Shown here in pieces: positions 49,201 to 64,000 of a stretch of DNA of 64,000 bases. Within the stretch, counting starts at the first letter, position 1. Each line of letters starts with the position of its first letter. The stretch is from Nemertoderma westbladi (Eukaryota; Animalia; Xenacoelomorpha): the NCBI GenBank assembly GCA_032718475.1, contig JAUCBJ010000961.1, positions 1-64,000 on the forward strand, read 5' to 3'. The notes beneath the pieces were generated by a model that had not been told where the DNA came from, did not search any database, and saw only the letters and a program-made list of their open reading frames with translations. The position numbers and the translations under genes are program-made.

Positions 49201-52200
49201 ATCCGTCTATGGCAAGGTCCCATATTCGTCTACAGCAAGCTCCCATTTCCGTCTATGGCAAGGTCCCATATACGTCTATGGCAAGGTCCCAGATCCGTCT
49301 ACGGCAAGGTCCCATATCCGTTAATGGCAAGGTCCCATATCCGTATGGAAAGGTCCCATATCCGTCTACAGCAAGGTCCGATATCCGTTAATGGCAAGGT
49401 CCCATATCCGTCTACGGCAAGGTCCCATATCCGTCTATGGCAAGGTCCCATATCCGTATGGCAAGGTCCCATATCCGTCTACGGCAAGGTCCCATATCCG
49501 TCTATGTCAAGGTTACATATCCGTTAATGGCAAGGTCCCATATCCGTCTATGGCAAGGTCCCATATCCGTATGGCAAGGTCCCATATCCGTCTACAGCAA
49601 GGTCCCATATCCGTTAATGGCAAGGTCCCATATCCGTCTATGGCAAGGTCCCATATCCGTTAATGGCAAGGTCCCATATCCTTTAATGGCAAGGTCCCAT
49701 ATCCGTTAATGGCAAGGTCCCATATCCGTCTATGGCAAGGTCCCATATCCGTTAATGGCAAGGTCCCATATCCGTCTACGGCAAGGTCCCATATCCGTCT
49801 ATGGCAAGGTCCCATATCCGTCTACAGCAAGGTCCCATATCCGTCTATGGCAAGGTCCCATATCCGTTAATGGCAAGGTCCCATATCCGTTAATGGCAAG
49901 GTCCCATATCCGTCTATGGCAAGGTCCCATATCCGTCTATGGCAAGGTCCCATATCCGTCTACAGCAAGGTCCCATATCCGTCTATGGCAAGGTCCCATA
50001 TCCGTTAATGGCAAGGTCCCATATCCGTCTATGGCAAGGTCCCATATCCGTCTACAGCAAGGTCCCATATCCGTTAATGGCAAGGTCCCATATCCGTCTA
50101 TGGCAAGGTCCCATATCCGTCTACAGCAAGGTCCCATATCCGTCTATGGCAAGGTCCCATATCCGTCTACAGCAAGGTCCCATATCCGTCTATGGCAAGG
50201 TCCCATATCCGTTAATGGCAAGGTCCCATATCCGTCTATGGCAAGGTCCCATATCCGTCTACAGCAAGGTCCCATATCCGTTAATGGCAAGGTCCCATAT
50301 CCGTCTATGGCAAGGTCCCATATCCGTCTATGGCAAGGTCCCATATCCGTCTACAGCAAGGTCCCATATCCGTCTATGGCAAGGTCCCATATCCGTTAAT
50401 GGCAAGGTCCCATATCCGTCTATGGCAAGGTCCCATATCCGTCTACAGCAAGGTCCCATATCCGTTAATGGCAAGGTCCCATATCCGTCTATGGCAAGGT
50501 CCCATATCCGTTAATGGCAAGGTCCCATATCCGTCTATGGCAAGGTCCCATATCCGTCTACAGCAAGGTCCCATATCCGTCTACAGCAAGGTCCCATATC
50601 CGTCTACAGCAAGGTCCCATATCCGTTAATGGCAAGGTCCCATATCCGTCTATGGCAAGGTCCCATATCCGTCTATGGCAAGGTCCCATATCCGTCTACA
50701 GCAAGGTCCCATATCCGTCTATGGCAAGGTCCCATATCCGTTAATGGCAAGGTCCCATATCCGTCTATGGCAAGGTCCCATATCCGTCTACAGCAAGGTC
50801 CCATATCCGTTAATGGCAAGGTCCCATATCCGTCTATGGCAAGGTCCCATATCCGTTAATGGCAAGGTCCCATATCCGTTAATGGCAAGGTCCCATATCC
50901 GTCTATGGCAAGGTCCCATATCCGTTAATGGCAAGGTCCCATATCCGTCTATGGCAAGGTCCCATATCCGTCTACGGCAAGGTCCCATATCCGTTATGGC
51001 AAGGTCCCATATCCGTCTATGGCAAGGTCCCATATCCGTCTATGGCAAGGTCCCATATCCGTCTACAGCAAGGTCCCATATCCGTCTATGGCAAGGTCCC
51101 ATATCCGTCTAATGGCAAGGTCCCATATCCGTCTATGGCAAGGTCCCATATCCGTCTACAGCAAGGTCCCATATCCGTCTATGGCAAGGTCCCATATCCG
51201 TCTATGGCAAGGTCCCATATCCGTCTACGGCAAGGTCCCATATCCGTCTATGGCAAGGTCCCATATCCGTTATGGCAAGGTCCCATATCCGTCTATGGCA
51301 AGGTCCCATATCCGTCTACAGCAAGGTCCCATATCCGTTAATGGCAAGGTCCCATATCCGTCTATGGCAAGGTCCCATATCCGTTAATGGCAAGGTCCCA
51401 TATCCTTTAATGGCAAGGTCCCATATCCGTTAATGGCAAGGTCCCATATCCGTCTATGGCAAGGTCCCATATCCGTTAATGGCAAGGTCCCATATCCGTC
51501 TACGGCAAGGTCCCATATCCGTCTATGGCAAGGTCCCATATCCGTCTACGGCAAGGTCCCATATCCGTCTATGGCAAGGTCCCATATCCGTTAATGGCAA
51601 GGTCCCATATCCGTTATGGCAAGGTCCCATATCCGTCTATGGCAAGGTCCCATATCCGTCTATGGCAAGGTCCCATATCCGTCTACAGCAAGGTCCCATA
51701 TCCGTCTATGGCAAGGTCCCATATCCGTCTAATGGCAAGGTCCCATATCCGTCTATGGCAAGGTCCCATATCCGTCTATGGCAAGGTCCCATATCCGTCT
51801 ACAGCAAGGTCCCATATCCGTCTAATGGCAAGGTCCCATATCCGTCTATGGCAAGGTCCCATATCCGTCTATGGCAAGGTCCCATATCCGTCTATGGCAA
51901 GGTCCCATATCCGTTAATGGCAAGGTCCCATATCCGTCTATGGCAAGGTCCCATATCCGTATGGCAAGGTCCCATATCCGTACGGCAAGGTCCCATATCC
52001 GTTAATGGCAAGGTCCCATATCCGTCTATGCAAGGTCCATATCCGTTATGGCAAGGTCCCATATCCGTTATGGCAAGGTCCCATATCCGTCTATCGGCAA
52101 GGTCCCATATCCGTCTACGGCAAGGTCCCATATCCGTTATGGCAAGGTCCCATATCCGTCTATCGAGCAAGGTCCCATATCCGTCTACGGCAAGGTCCCA

Positions 52201-55200
52201 TATCCGTCTATGGCAAGGTCCCATATCCGTTAATGGCAAGGTCCCATATCCGTTAATGGCAAGGTCCCATATCCGTCTATCGGCAAGGTCCCATATCCGT
52301 CTACGGCAAGGTCCCATATCCGTTAATGGCAAGGTCCCATATCCGTCTATCGGCAAGGTCCCATATCCGTCTATGGCAAGGTCCCATATCCGTATGGCAA
52401 GGTCCCATATCCGTCTACAGCAAGGTCCCATATCCGTCTATGGCAAGGTCCCATATCCGTCTATGGCAAGGTCCCATATCCGTCTATGGCAAGGTCCCAT
52501 ATCCGTCTATGGCAAGGTCCCATATCCGTCTATGGCAAGGTCCCATATCCGTCTACGGCAAGGTCCCATATCCGTCTATGGCAAGGTCCCATATCCATCT
52601 ATGGCAAGGTCCCATATCCGTCTATAGCAAGGTCCCATATCCGTCTATGGCAAGGTCCCATATCCATCTATGGCAAGGTCCCATATCCGTCTACAGCAAG
52701 GTCCCATATCCGTCTATGGCAAGGTCCCATATCCGTCTATGGCAAGGTCCCATATCCGTCTATGGCAAGGTCCCATATCCATCTATGGCAAGGTCCCATA
52801 TCCGTCTACGGCAAGGTCCCATATCCGTCTATGGCAAGGTCCCATATCCGTCTACGGCAAGGTCCCATATCCGTATGGCAAGGTCCCATATCCGTTATGG
52901 CAAGGTCCCATATCCGTCTACGGCAAGGTCCCATATCCGTTATGGCAAGGTCCCATATCCGTCTATGGCAAGGTCCCATATCCATCTATGGCAAGGTCCC
53001 ATATCCGTCTACAGCAAGGTCCCATATCCGTCTATGGCAAGGTCCCATATCCGTCTACAGCAAGGTCCCATATCCGTCTATGGCAAGGTCCCATATCCGT
53101 CTATGGCAAGGTCCCATATCCGTTACGGCAAGGTCCCATATCCGTCTACGGCAAGGTCCCATATCCGTCTATGGCAAGGTCCCATATCCGTCTATGGCAA
53201 GGTCCCATATCCATCTATGGCAAGGTCCCATATCCGTCTACAGCAAGGTCCCATATCCGTCTATGGCAAGGTCCCATATCCATCTATGTCAAGGTCCCAT
53301 ATCCGTTAATGGCAAGGTCCCATATCCGTCTACGGCAAGGTCCCATATCCGTCTATGGCAAGGTCCCATATCCGTCTACTGGCAAGGTCCCATATCCGTT
53401 ACGGCAAGGTCCCATATCCGTTAATGGCAAGGTCCCATATCCGTCCAGCAAGGTCCCATATCCGTATGGCAAGGTCCCATATCCGTCTACGGCAAGGTCC
53501 CATATCCGTCTATGGCAAGGTCCCATATCCGTTATGGCAAGGTCCCATATCCGTCTACGGCAAGGTCCCATATCCGTCTACGGCAAGGTCCCATATCCGT
53601 CTATGGCAAGGTCCCATATCCGTATGGCAAGGTCCCATATCCGTCTACGGCAAGGTCCCATATCCGTCTATGGCAAGGTCCCATATCCGTTATGGCAAGG
53701 TCCCATATCCGTCTACAGCAAGGTCCCATATCCGTCTATGGCAAGGTCCCATATCCGTCTATGGCAAGGTCCCATATCCGTTAATGGCAAGGTCCCATAT
53801 CCGTCTACGGCAAGGTCCCATATCCGTCTATGGCAAGGTCCCATATCCGTATGGCAAGGTCCCATATCCGTCTACAGCAAGGTCCCATATCCGTTACGGC
53901 AAGGTCCCATATCCATCTATGTCAAGGTCATATCCGTTAATGGCAAGGTCCCATATCCGTCTATGGCAAGGTCCCATATCCGTTGGCAAGGTCCCATATC
54001 CGTCTATGGCAAGGTCCCATATCCGTATGGCAAGGTCCCATATCCGTCTACGGCAAGGTCCCATATCCGTCTACTGGCAAGGTCCCATATCCGTCTATGG
54101 CAAGGTCCCATATCCGTATGGCAAGGTCCCATATCCGTCTATGGCAAGGTCCCATATCCGTTAATGGCAAGGTCCCATATCCGTCTATGGCAAGGTCCCA
54201 TATCCGTTAATGGCAAGGTCCCATATCCGTCTAATGGCAAGGTCCCATATCCGTTAATGGCAAGGTCCCATATCCGTCTATGGCAAGGTCCCATATCCGT
54301 TAATGGCAAGGTCCCATATCCGTCTATGGCAAGGTCCCATATCCGTTATGGCAAGGTCCCATATCCGTCTACGGCAAGGTCCCATATCCGTTAATGGCAA
54401 GGTCCCATATCCGTCTATGGCAAGGTCCCATATCCGTTATGGCAAGGTCCCATATCCGTCTATGGCAAGGTCCCATATCCGTTATGGCAAGGTCCCATAT
54501 CCGTCTACAGCAAGGTCCCATATCCGTCTATGGCAAGGTCCCATATCCGTTAATGGCAAGGTCCCATATCCGTCTATGGCAAGGTCCCATATCCGTTAAT
54601 GGCAAGGTCCCATATCCGTCTATGGCAAGGTCCCATATCCGTTAATGGCAAGGTCCCATATCCGTCTACAGCAAGGTCCCATATCCGTTAATGGCAAGGT
54701 CCCATATCCGTCTATGGCAAGGTCCCATATCCGTTATGGCAAGGTCCCATATCCGTCTATGGCAAGGTCCCATATCCGTTAATGGCAAGGTCCCATATCC
54801 GTCTACGGCAAGGTCCCATATCCGTCTATGGCAAGGTCCCATATCCGTTAAGGCAAGGTCCCATATCCGTTATGGCAAGGTCCCATATCCGTCTACGGCA
54901 AGGTCCCATATCCGTCTATGGCAAGGTCCCATATCCGTCTATGGCAAGGTCCCATATCCGTCTACGGCAAGGTCCCATATCCGTCTATGGCAAGGTCCCA
55001 TATCCGTTAATGGCAAGGTCCCATATCCGTCTACGGCAAGGTCCCATATCCGTCTACGGCAAGGTCCCATATCCGTCTATGGCAAGGTCCCATATCCGTT
55101 AATGGCAAGGTCCCATATCCGTTAATGGCAAGGTCCCATATCCGTCTACGGCAAGGTCCCATATCCGTCTATGGCAAGGTCCCATATCCGTCTACAGCAA

Positions 55201-58200
55201 GGTCCCATATCCGTTATGGCAAGGTCCCATATCCGTCTACGGCAAGGTCCCATATCCGTATGGCAAGGTCCCATATCCGTCTACGCAAGGTCCCATATCC
55301 GTTAATGGCAAGGTCCCATATCCGTCTATGGCAAGGTCCCATATCCGTATGGCAAGGTCCCATATCCGTCTACAGCAAGGTCCCATATCCGTCTATGGCA
55401 AGGTCCCATATCCGTCTATGGCAAGGTCCCATATCCGTTAATGGCAAGGTCCCATATCCGTTAATGGCAAGGTCCCATATCCGTCTACGGCAAGGTCCCA
55501 TATCCGTCTATGGCAAGGTCCCATATCCGTTATGGCAAGGTCCCATATCCGTCTACGGCAAGGTCCCATATCCGTCTACGGCAAGGTCCCATATCCGTCT
55601 ATGGCAAGGTCCCATATCCGTCTATGGCAAGGTCCCATATCCGTTAATGGCAAGGTCCCATATCCGTCTATGGCAAGGTCCCATATCCGTCTATGGCAAG
55701 GTCCCATATCCGTCTATGGCAAGGTCCCATATCCGTCTACAGCAAGGTCCCATATCCGTCTATGGCAAGGTCCCATATCCGTCTAATGGCAAGGTCCCAT
55801 ATCCGTCTATGGCAAGGTCCCATATCCGTATGGCAAGGTCCCATATCCGTCTACAGCAAGGTCCCATATCCGTTAATGGCAAGGTCCCATATCCGTCTAT
55901 GGCAAGGTCCCATATCCGTCTACGGCAAGGTCCCATATCCGTCTATGGCAAGGTCCCATATCCGTCTACAGGCAAGGTCCCATATCCGTCTACGGCAAGG
56001 TCCCATATCCGTTAATGGCAAGGTCCCATATCCGTCTATGGCAAGGTCCCATATCCGTCTATGGCAAGGTCCCATATCCGTTAATGGCAAGGTCCCATAT
56101 CCGTCTATGGCAAGGTCCCATATCCGTCTATGGCAAGGTCCCATATCCGTCTATGGCAAGGTCCCATATCCGTCTATGGCAAGGTCCCATATCCGTCTAC
56201 AGCAAGGTCCCATATCCGTCTATGGCAAGGTCCCATATCCGTCTACGGCAAGGTCCCATATCCGTCTATGGCAAGGTCCCATATCCGTCTATGGCAAGGT
56301 CCCATATCCGTCTATGGCAAGGTCCCATATCCGTCTATGGCAAGGTCCCATATCCGTCTATGGCAAGGTCCCATATCCGTCTATGGCAAGGTCCCATATC
56401 CGTCTACAGCAAGGTCCCATATCCGTCTACAGCAAGGTCCCATATCCGTCTACAGCAAGGTCCCATATCCGTCTATGGCAAGGTCCCATATCCGTCTATG
56501 GCAAGGTCCCATATCCGTCTATGGCAAGGTCCCATATCCGTCTACAGCAAGGTCCCATATCCGTCTATGGCAAGGTCCCATATCCGTTACGGCAAGGTCC
56601 CATATCCGTCTACGGCAAGGTCCCATATCCGTTAATGGCAAGGTCCCATATCCGTCTATGGCAAGGTCCCATATCCGTACGGCAAGGTCCCATATCCGTC
56701 TACGGCAAGGTCCCATATCCGTCTACGGCAAGGTCCCATATCCGTCTATGGCAAGGTCCCATATCCGTCTATGGCAAGGTCCCATATCCGTCTATGGCAA
56801 GGTCCCATATCCGTCTACGGCAAGGTCCCATATCCGTCTATGGCAAGGTCCCATATCCGTCTACATGCAAGGTCCCATATCCGTCTACGGCAAGGTCCCA
56901 TATCCGTCTATGGCAAGGTCCCATATCCGTTATGGCAAGGTCCCATATCCGTCTACGGCAAGGTCCCATATCCGTCTATGGCAAGGTCCCATATCCGTCT
57001 AATGGCAAGGTCCCATATCCGTCTACGGCAAGGTCCCATATCCGTCTATGGCAAGGTCCCATATCCGTACGGCAAGGTCCCATATCCATCTATGTCAAGG
57101 TTACATATCCGTTAATGGCAAGGTCCCATATCCGTCTATGGCAAGGTCCCATATCCGTCTACGGCAAGGTCCCATATCCGTCTATGGCAAGGTCCCATAT
57201 CCGTTAATGGCAAGGTCCCATATCCGTCTACGGCAAGGTCCCATATCCGTTAATGGCAAGGTCCCATATCCGTTAATGGCAAGGTCCCATATCCGTATGG
57301 CAAGGTCCCATATCCGTCTACGGCAAGGTCCCATATCCGTCTACATGGCAAGGTCCCATATCCTCTATGCAAGGTCCCATATCCGTTATGGCAAGGTCCC
57401 ATATCCGTCTATGGCAAGGTCCCATATCCGTCTATGGCAAGGTCCCATATCCGTCTACGGCAAGGTCCCATATCCGTCTACGGCAAGGTCCCATATCCGT
57501 CTATGGCAAGGTCCCATATCCGTCTACGGCAAGGTCCCATATCCGTCTATGGCAAGGTCCCATATCCGTCTACGGCAAGGTCCCATATCCGTCTATGGCA
57601 AGGTCCCATATCCGTCTATGGCAAGGTCCCATATCCGTCTACGGCAAGGTCCCATATCCGTCTACGGCAAGGTCCCATATCCATCTATGCAAGGTCCCAT
57701 ATCCGTTACGGCAAGGTCCCATATCCAGTCTATCGATGGCAAGGTCCCATATCCGTCTATGGCAAGGTCCCATATCCGTCTACGGCAAGGTCCCATATCC
57801 GTCTACGGCAAGGTCCCATATCCGTCTACGGCAAGGTCCCATATCCGTCTATGGCAAGGTCCCATATCCGTCTACGGCAAGGTCCCATATCCGTCTACGG
57901 CAAGGTCCCATATCCGTCTATGGCAAGGTCCCATATCCGTCTATGGCAAGGTCCCATATCCGTCTACGGCAAGGTCCCATATCCGTCTATGGCAAGGTCC
58001 CATATCCGTCTACGGCAAGGTCCCATATCCGTCTATGGCAAGGTCCCATATCCGTCTACGGCAAGGTCCCATATCCGTCTACGGCAAGGTCCCATATCCG
58101 TCTATGGCAAGGTCCCATATCCGTTAATGGCAAGGTCCCATATCCGTCTACGGCAAGGTCCCATATCCGTCTATGGCAAGGTCCCATATCCGTCTACGGC

Positions 58201-61200
58201 AAGGTCCCATATCCGTCTATGGCAAGGTCCCATATCCGTTAATGGCAAGGTCCCATATCCGTTAATGGCAAGGTCCCATATCCGTATGGCAAGGTCCCAT
58301 ATCCGTCTACGGCAAGGTCCCATATCCGTTAATGGCAAGGTCCCATATCCGTCTACAGCAAGGTCCCATATCCGTTATGGCAAGGTCCCATATCCGTTAA
58401 TGGCAAGGTCCCATATCCGTCTACAGCAAGGTCCCATATCCGTCTACGGCAAGGTCCCATATCCGTCTACGGCAAGGTCCCATATCCGTCTACGGCAAGG
58501 TCCCATATCCGTCTACGGCAAGGTCCCATATCCGTCTACGGCAAGGTCCCATATCCGTCTACGGCAAGGTCCCATATCCGTCTACGGCAAGGTCCCATAT
58601 CCGTCTACGGCAAGGTCCCATATCCGTCTACGGCAAGGTCCCATATCCGTCTACGGCAAGGTCCCATATCCGTTAATGGCAAGGTCCCATATCCGTCTAC
58701 AGCAAGGTCCCATATCCGTCTACGGCAAGGTCCCATATCCGTATGGCAAGGTCCCATATCCGTCTACAGCAAGGTCCCATATCCGTCTACGGCAAGGTCC
58801 CATATCCGTCTACAGCAAGGTCCCATATCCGTATGGCAAGGTCCCATATCCGTCTACGGCAAGGTCCCATATCCGTCTACGGCAAGGTCCCATATCCGTC
58901 TACGGCAAGGTCCCATATCCGTCTACAGCAAGGTCCCATATCCGTCTATGGCAAGGTCCCATATCCGTCTACGGCAAGGTCCCATATCCGTCTACGGCAA
59001 GGTCCCATATCCGTCTACGGCAAGGTCCCATATCCGTCTACGGCAAGGTCCCATATCCGTCTACGGCAAGGTCCCATATCCGTCTACGGCAAGGTCCCAT
59101 ATCCGTTAATGGCAAGGTCCCATATCCGTCTATGGCAAGGTCCCATATCCGTCTACGGCAAGGTCCCATATCCGTCTACGGCAAGGTCCCATATCCGTCT
59201 ACGGCAAGGTCCCATATCCGTCTACAGGCAAGGTCCCATATCCGTTAATGGCAAGGTCCCATATCCGTTAATGGCAAGGTCCCATATCCGTCTACAGCAA
59301 GGTCCCATATCCGTCTACGGCAAGGTCCCATATCCGTCTACGGCAAGGTCCCATATCCGTCTACGGCAAGGTCCCATATCCGTCTACGGCAAGGTCCCAT
59401 ATCCGTCTACGGCAAGGTCCCATATCCGTCTACGGCAAGGTCCCATATCCGTCTACGGCAAGGTCCCATATCCGTCTACGGCAAGGTCCCATATCCGTCT
59501 ACGGCAAGGTCCCATATCCGTCTACGGCAAGGTCCCATATCCGTTAATGGCAAGGTCCCATATCCGTCTACAGCAAGGTCCCATATCCGTATGGCAAGGT
59601 CCCATATCCGTTAATGGCAAGGTCCCATATCCGTCTACAGCAAGGTCCCATATCCGTCTACGCAAGGTCCCATATCCGTTAATGGCAAGGTCCCATATCC
59701 GTTAATGGCAAGGTCCCATATCCGTCTACAGCAAGGTCCCATATCCGTCTACGGCAAGGTCCCATATCCGTTAATGGCAAGGTCCCATATCCGTCTATGG
59801 CAAGGTCCCATATCCGTCTATGGCAAGGTCCCATATCCGTCTACAGCAAGGTCCCATATCCGTTAATGGCAAGGTCCCATATCCGTCTATGGCAAGGTCC
59901 CATATCCGTATGGCAAGGTCCCATATCCGTCTACGGCAAGGTCCCATATCCGTTAATGGCAAGGTCCCATATCCGTCTATGGCAAGGTCCCATATCCGTC
60001 TATGGCAAGGTCCCATATCCGTTAATGGCAAGGTCCCATATCCGTCTATGGCAAGGTCCCATATCCGTCTACGGCAAGGTCCCATATCCGTTAATGGCAA
60101 GGTCCCATATCCGTCTACGGCAAGGTCCCATATCCGTCTACAGCAAGGTCCCATATCCGTTAATGGCAAGGTCCCATATCCGTCTACAGCAAGGTCCCAT
60201 ATCCGTTAATGGCAAGGTCCCATATCCGTATGGCAAGGTCCCATATCCGTCTACAGCAAGGTCCCATATCCGTTAATGGCAAGGTCCCATATCCGTCTAC
60301 AGCAAGGTCCCATATCCGTTAATGGCAAGGTCCCATATCCGTATGGCAAGGTCCCATATCCGTCTACAGCAAGGTCCCATATCCGTTAATGGCAAGGTCC
60401 CATATCCGTTAATGGCAAGGTCCCATATCCGTCTATGGCAAGGTCCCATATCCGTCTACGGCAAGGTCCCATATCCGTTAATGGCAAGGTCCCATATCCG
60501 TCTACGGCAAGGTCCCATATCCGTCTACAGCAAGGTCCCATATCCGTTAATGGCAAGGTCCCATATCCGTTAATGGCAAGGTCCCATATCCGTCTACGGC
60601 AAGGTCCCATATCCGTCTATGGCAAGGTCCCATATCCGTCTACAGCAAGGTCCCATATCCGTTAATGGCAAGGTCCCATATCCGTCTACAGCAAGGTCCC
60701 ATATCCGTTAATGGCAAGGTCCCATATCCGTATGGCAAGGTCCCATATCCGTCTACAGCAAGGTCCCATATCCGTTAATGGCAAGGTCCCATATCCGTCT
60801 ACAGCAAGGTCCCATATCCGTTAATGGCAAGGTCCCATATCCGTATGGCAAGGTCCCATATCCGTCTACAGCAAGGTCCCATATCCGTCTATGGCAAGGT
60901 CCCATATCCGTCTATGGCAAGGTCCCATATCCGTCTACGGCAAGGTCATATATCCATCTATGACAAGGTCCCATATCCGTCTACGGCAAGGTCCCATATC
61001 CGTCTACGGCAAGGTCCCATATCCGTCTATGGCAAGGTCCCATATCCGTCTATGGCAAGGTCCCATATCCGTTAATGGCAAGGTCCCATATCCGTCTACG
61101 GCAAGGTCCCATATCCGTCTATGGCAAGGTCCCATATCCATCTATGTCAAGGTTACATATCCGTTAATGGCAAGGTCCCATATCCATCTATGTCAAGGTC

Positions 61201-64000
61201 CCATATCCTTGTACGGCAAGGTCCCATATCCGTTAATGGCAAGGTCTCATATCCTTGTACGGCAAGGTCCCATATCCGTTAATGGCAAGGTCCCATATCC
61301 GTCTATGGCAAGGTCCCATATCCGTCTATGGCAAGGTCCCATATCCGTCTACGGCAAGGTCCCATATCCGTCTACAGCAAGGTCCCATATCCGTCTATGG
61401 CAAGGTCCCATATCCATCTATGTCAAGGTTACATATCCGTTAATGGCAAGGTCCCATATCCATCTATGTCAAGGTCCCATATCCTTGTACGGCAAGGTCC
61501 CATATCCGTTAATGGCAAGGTCCCATATCCGTTAATGGCAAGGTCCCATATCCATCTATGTCAAGGTCCCATATCCTTGTACGGCAAGGTCCCATATCCG
61601 TTAATGGCAAGGTCCCATATCCGTATGGCAAGGTCCCATATCCGTCTACGGCAAGGTCCCATATCCGTCTATGGCAAGGTCCCATATCCGTTAATGGCAA
61701 GGTCCCATATCCGTCTACGGCAAGGTCCCATATCCGTCTATGGCAAGGTCCCATATCCGTCTACGGCAAGGTCCCATATCCGTCTACAGCAAGGTCCCAT
61801 ATCCGTCTATGGCAAGGTCCCATATCCGTTAATGGCAGGGTCCCATATCCGTCTACGGCAAGGTCCCATATCCGTCTATGGCAAGGTCCCATATCCGTCT
61901 ACGGCAAGGTCCCATATCCGTCTACGGCAAGGTCCTATATCCGTATGGCAAGGTCCCATATCCGTTAATGGCAAGGTCCCATATCCATCTATGACAAGGT
62001 CCCATATCCGTGTACGGCAAGGTCCCATATCCGTCTATGGCAAGGTCCCATATCCGTCTATGGCAAGGTCCCATATCCGTCTATGGCAAGGTCCCATATC
62101 CGTTAATGGCAAGGTCCCATATCCGTTAATGGCAAGGTCCCATATCCGTCTATGGCAAGGTCCCATATCCGTCTACGGCAAGGTCCCATATCCGTCTACA
62201 GCAAGGTCCCATATCCGTCTACGGCAAGGTCCCATATCCGTCTATGGCAAGGTCCCATATCCATCTATGACAAGGTCCCATATCCGTGTACGGCAAGGTC
62301 CCATATCCGTCTATGGCAAGGTCCCATATCCGTCTATGGCAAGGTCCCATATCCGTCTATGGCAAGGTCCCATATCCGTTAATGGCAAGGTCCCATATCC
62401 GTCTACGGCAAGGTCCCATATCCGTCTACGGCAAGGTCCCATATCCGTCTACAGCAAGGTCCCATATCCGTCTACGGCAAGGTCCCATATCCGTCTATGG
62501 CAAGGTCCCATATCCGTTAATGGCAAGGTCCCATATCCGTCTACGGCAAGGTCCCATATCCGTCTATGGCAAGGTCCCATATCCGTCTACGGCAAGGTCC
62601 CATATCCGTCTACGGTAAGGTCCCATATCCGTATGGCAAGGTCCCATATCCGTTAATGGCAAGGTCCCATATCCGTCTATGGCAAGGTCCCATATCCGTC
62701 TATGGCAAGGTCCCATATCCGTCTACGGCAAGGTCCCATATCCGTTAATGGCAAGGTCCCATATCCGTTAATGGCAAGGTCCCATATCCGTGTACGGCAA
62801 GGTCCCATATCCGTCTACGGCAAGGTCCCATATCCATCTATATCAAGGTCCCATATCCATCTATATCAAGGTCCCATATCCGTCTACGGCAAGGTCCCAT
62901 ATCCATCTATATCAAGGTCCCATATCCATCTATATCAAGGTCCCATATCCATCGCGTCTACGGCAAGGTCCCATATCCGTCTACGGCAAGGTCCCATATC
63001 CATATATATCAAGGTCCCATATCCGTCTACGGCAAGGTCCCATATCCGTTAATGGCAAGGTCCCATATCCGTCTACAGCAAGGTCCCATATCCGTTAATG
63101 GCAAGGTCCCATATCCGTTAATGGCAAGGTCCCATATCCATCGCGTCTACGGCAAGGTCCCATATCCGTCTACGGCAAGGTCCCATATCCATCTATATCA
63201 AGGTCCCATATCCGTCTACAGCAAGGTCCGATATCCGTTAATGGCAAGGTCCCATATCCGTCTACGGCAAGGTCCCATATCCGTCTATGGCAAGGTCCCA
63301 TATCCGTATGGCAAGGTCCCATATCCGTCTACGGCAAGGTCCCATATCCATCTATGACAAGGTCCCATATCCGTGTACGGCAAGGTCCCATATCCGTCTA
63401 TGGCAAGGTCCCATATCCGTCTATGGCAAGGTCCCATATCCGTCTATGGCAAGGTCCCATATCCGTTAATGGCAAGGTCCCATATCCGTCTACGGCAAGG
63501 TCCCATATCCGTCTACGGCAAGGTCCCATATCCGTCTACAGCAAGGTCCCATATCCGTCTACGGCAAGGTCCCATATCCGTCTATGGCAAGGTCCCATAT
63601 CCGTTAATGGCAAGGTCCCATATCCGTCTACGGCAAGGTCCCATATCCGTCTATGGCAAGGTCCCATATCCGTCTACGGCAAGGTCCCATATCCGTCTAC
63701 GGTAAGGTCCCATATCCGTATGGCAAGGTCCCATATCCGTTAATGGCAAGGTCCCATATCCGTCTATGGCAAGGTCCCATATCCGTCTATGGCAAGGTCC
63801 CATATCCGTCTACGGCAAGGTCCCATATCCGTTAATGGCAAGGTCCCATATCCGTTAATGGCAAGGTCCCATATCCGTGTACGGCAAGGTCCCATATCCG
63901 TCTACGGCAAGGTCCCATATCCATCTATATCAAGGTCCCATATCCATCTATATCAAGGTCCCATATCCGTCTACGGCAAGGTCCCATATCCATCTATATC
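46221..64000. repeat. 23-bp satellite array (>17.7 kb, runs off the right edge)
   Basis: Core GCAAGGTCCCATATCCG plus a variable linker (TTAATG, TCTATG, TCTACG, TCTACA, TATG); roughly 770 units. Confidence 0.98.
46650..46912 (+). mobile_element. Full-length tRNA-derived SINE with L2-type 3' tail inserted in the 23-bp satellite
   Basis: A box TGTCCGAGTGG and B box GGTTCGAATCC; V-domain-like GTTGTGTCCCTAGGCAAGATACTT; tail AAAGCGCTTTGAG..AAAGCGCTATATAAAT followed by (TAT)n; short flanking duplication TATCC. Confidence 0.85.

Noticed and set aside
46243-63835. Dozens of MARSHIR/QGPISV ORFs
   Set aside because: They are frame-cycling translations of the 23-bp satellite.
46221-64000. CRISPR-like repeat-spacer array
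   Set aside because: The linkers are only 4-7 bp drawn from a few recurring variants, there are no cas genes, and the context is eukaryotic.

Overview
Repeat-rich eukaryotic (metazoan-type, spliceosomal GT-AG introns) window, not prokaryotic. It holds three + strand protein-coding genes: a two-exon CNNM/ACDP Mg2+ transporter (9504-12320), a LARP4-family La-motif/RRM RNA-binding gene whose 8 visible exons I could splice in frame (14382-30068; its 5' exons were not found), and BBS4 with an intronless CDS (43992-45620). Roughly half of the window is tandem repeat, in about ten unrelated arrays (units of 48, 47, 16, 21, 57, 77, 25, 28, 3 and 23 bp). The rest includes CR1/L2- and RTE-type LINE fragments, two tRNA-derived SINEs and several MITEs, two with 9-bp TSDs. 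The most striking observation is the 7.5-kb 57-bp array. It is about 130 in-frame copies of the 3' end of a LARP4 RRM exon together with its 5' splice site (KRCIIILREVPGETPME|GTGAGT), which gives a ladder of about 130 in-frame candidate donors. Nearly all long ORFs in the supplied track over the arrays are artefacts of stop-free repeat units. All family assignments come from motif recognition by eye, not database searches.
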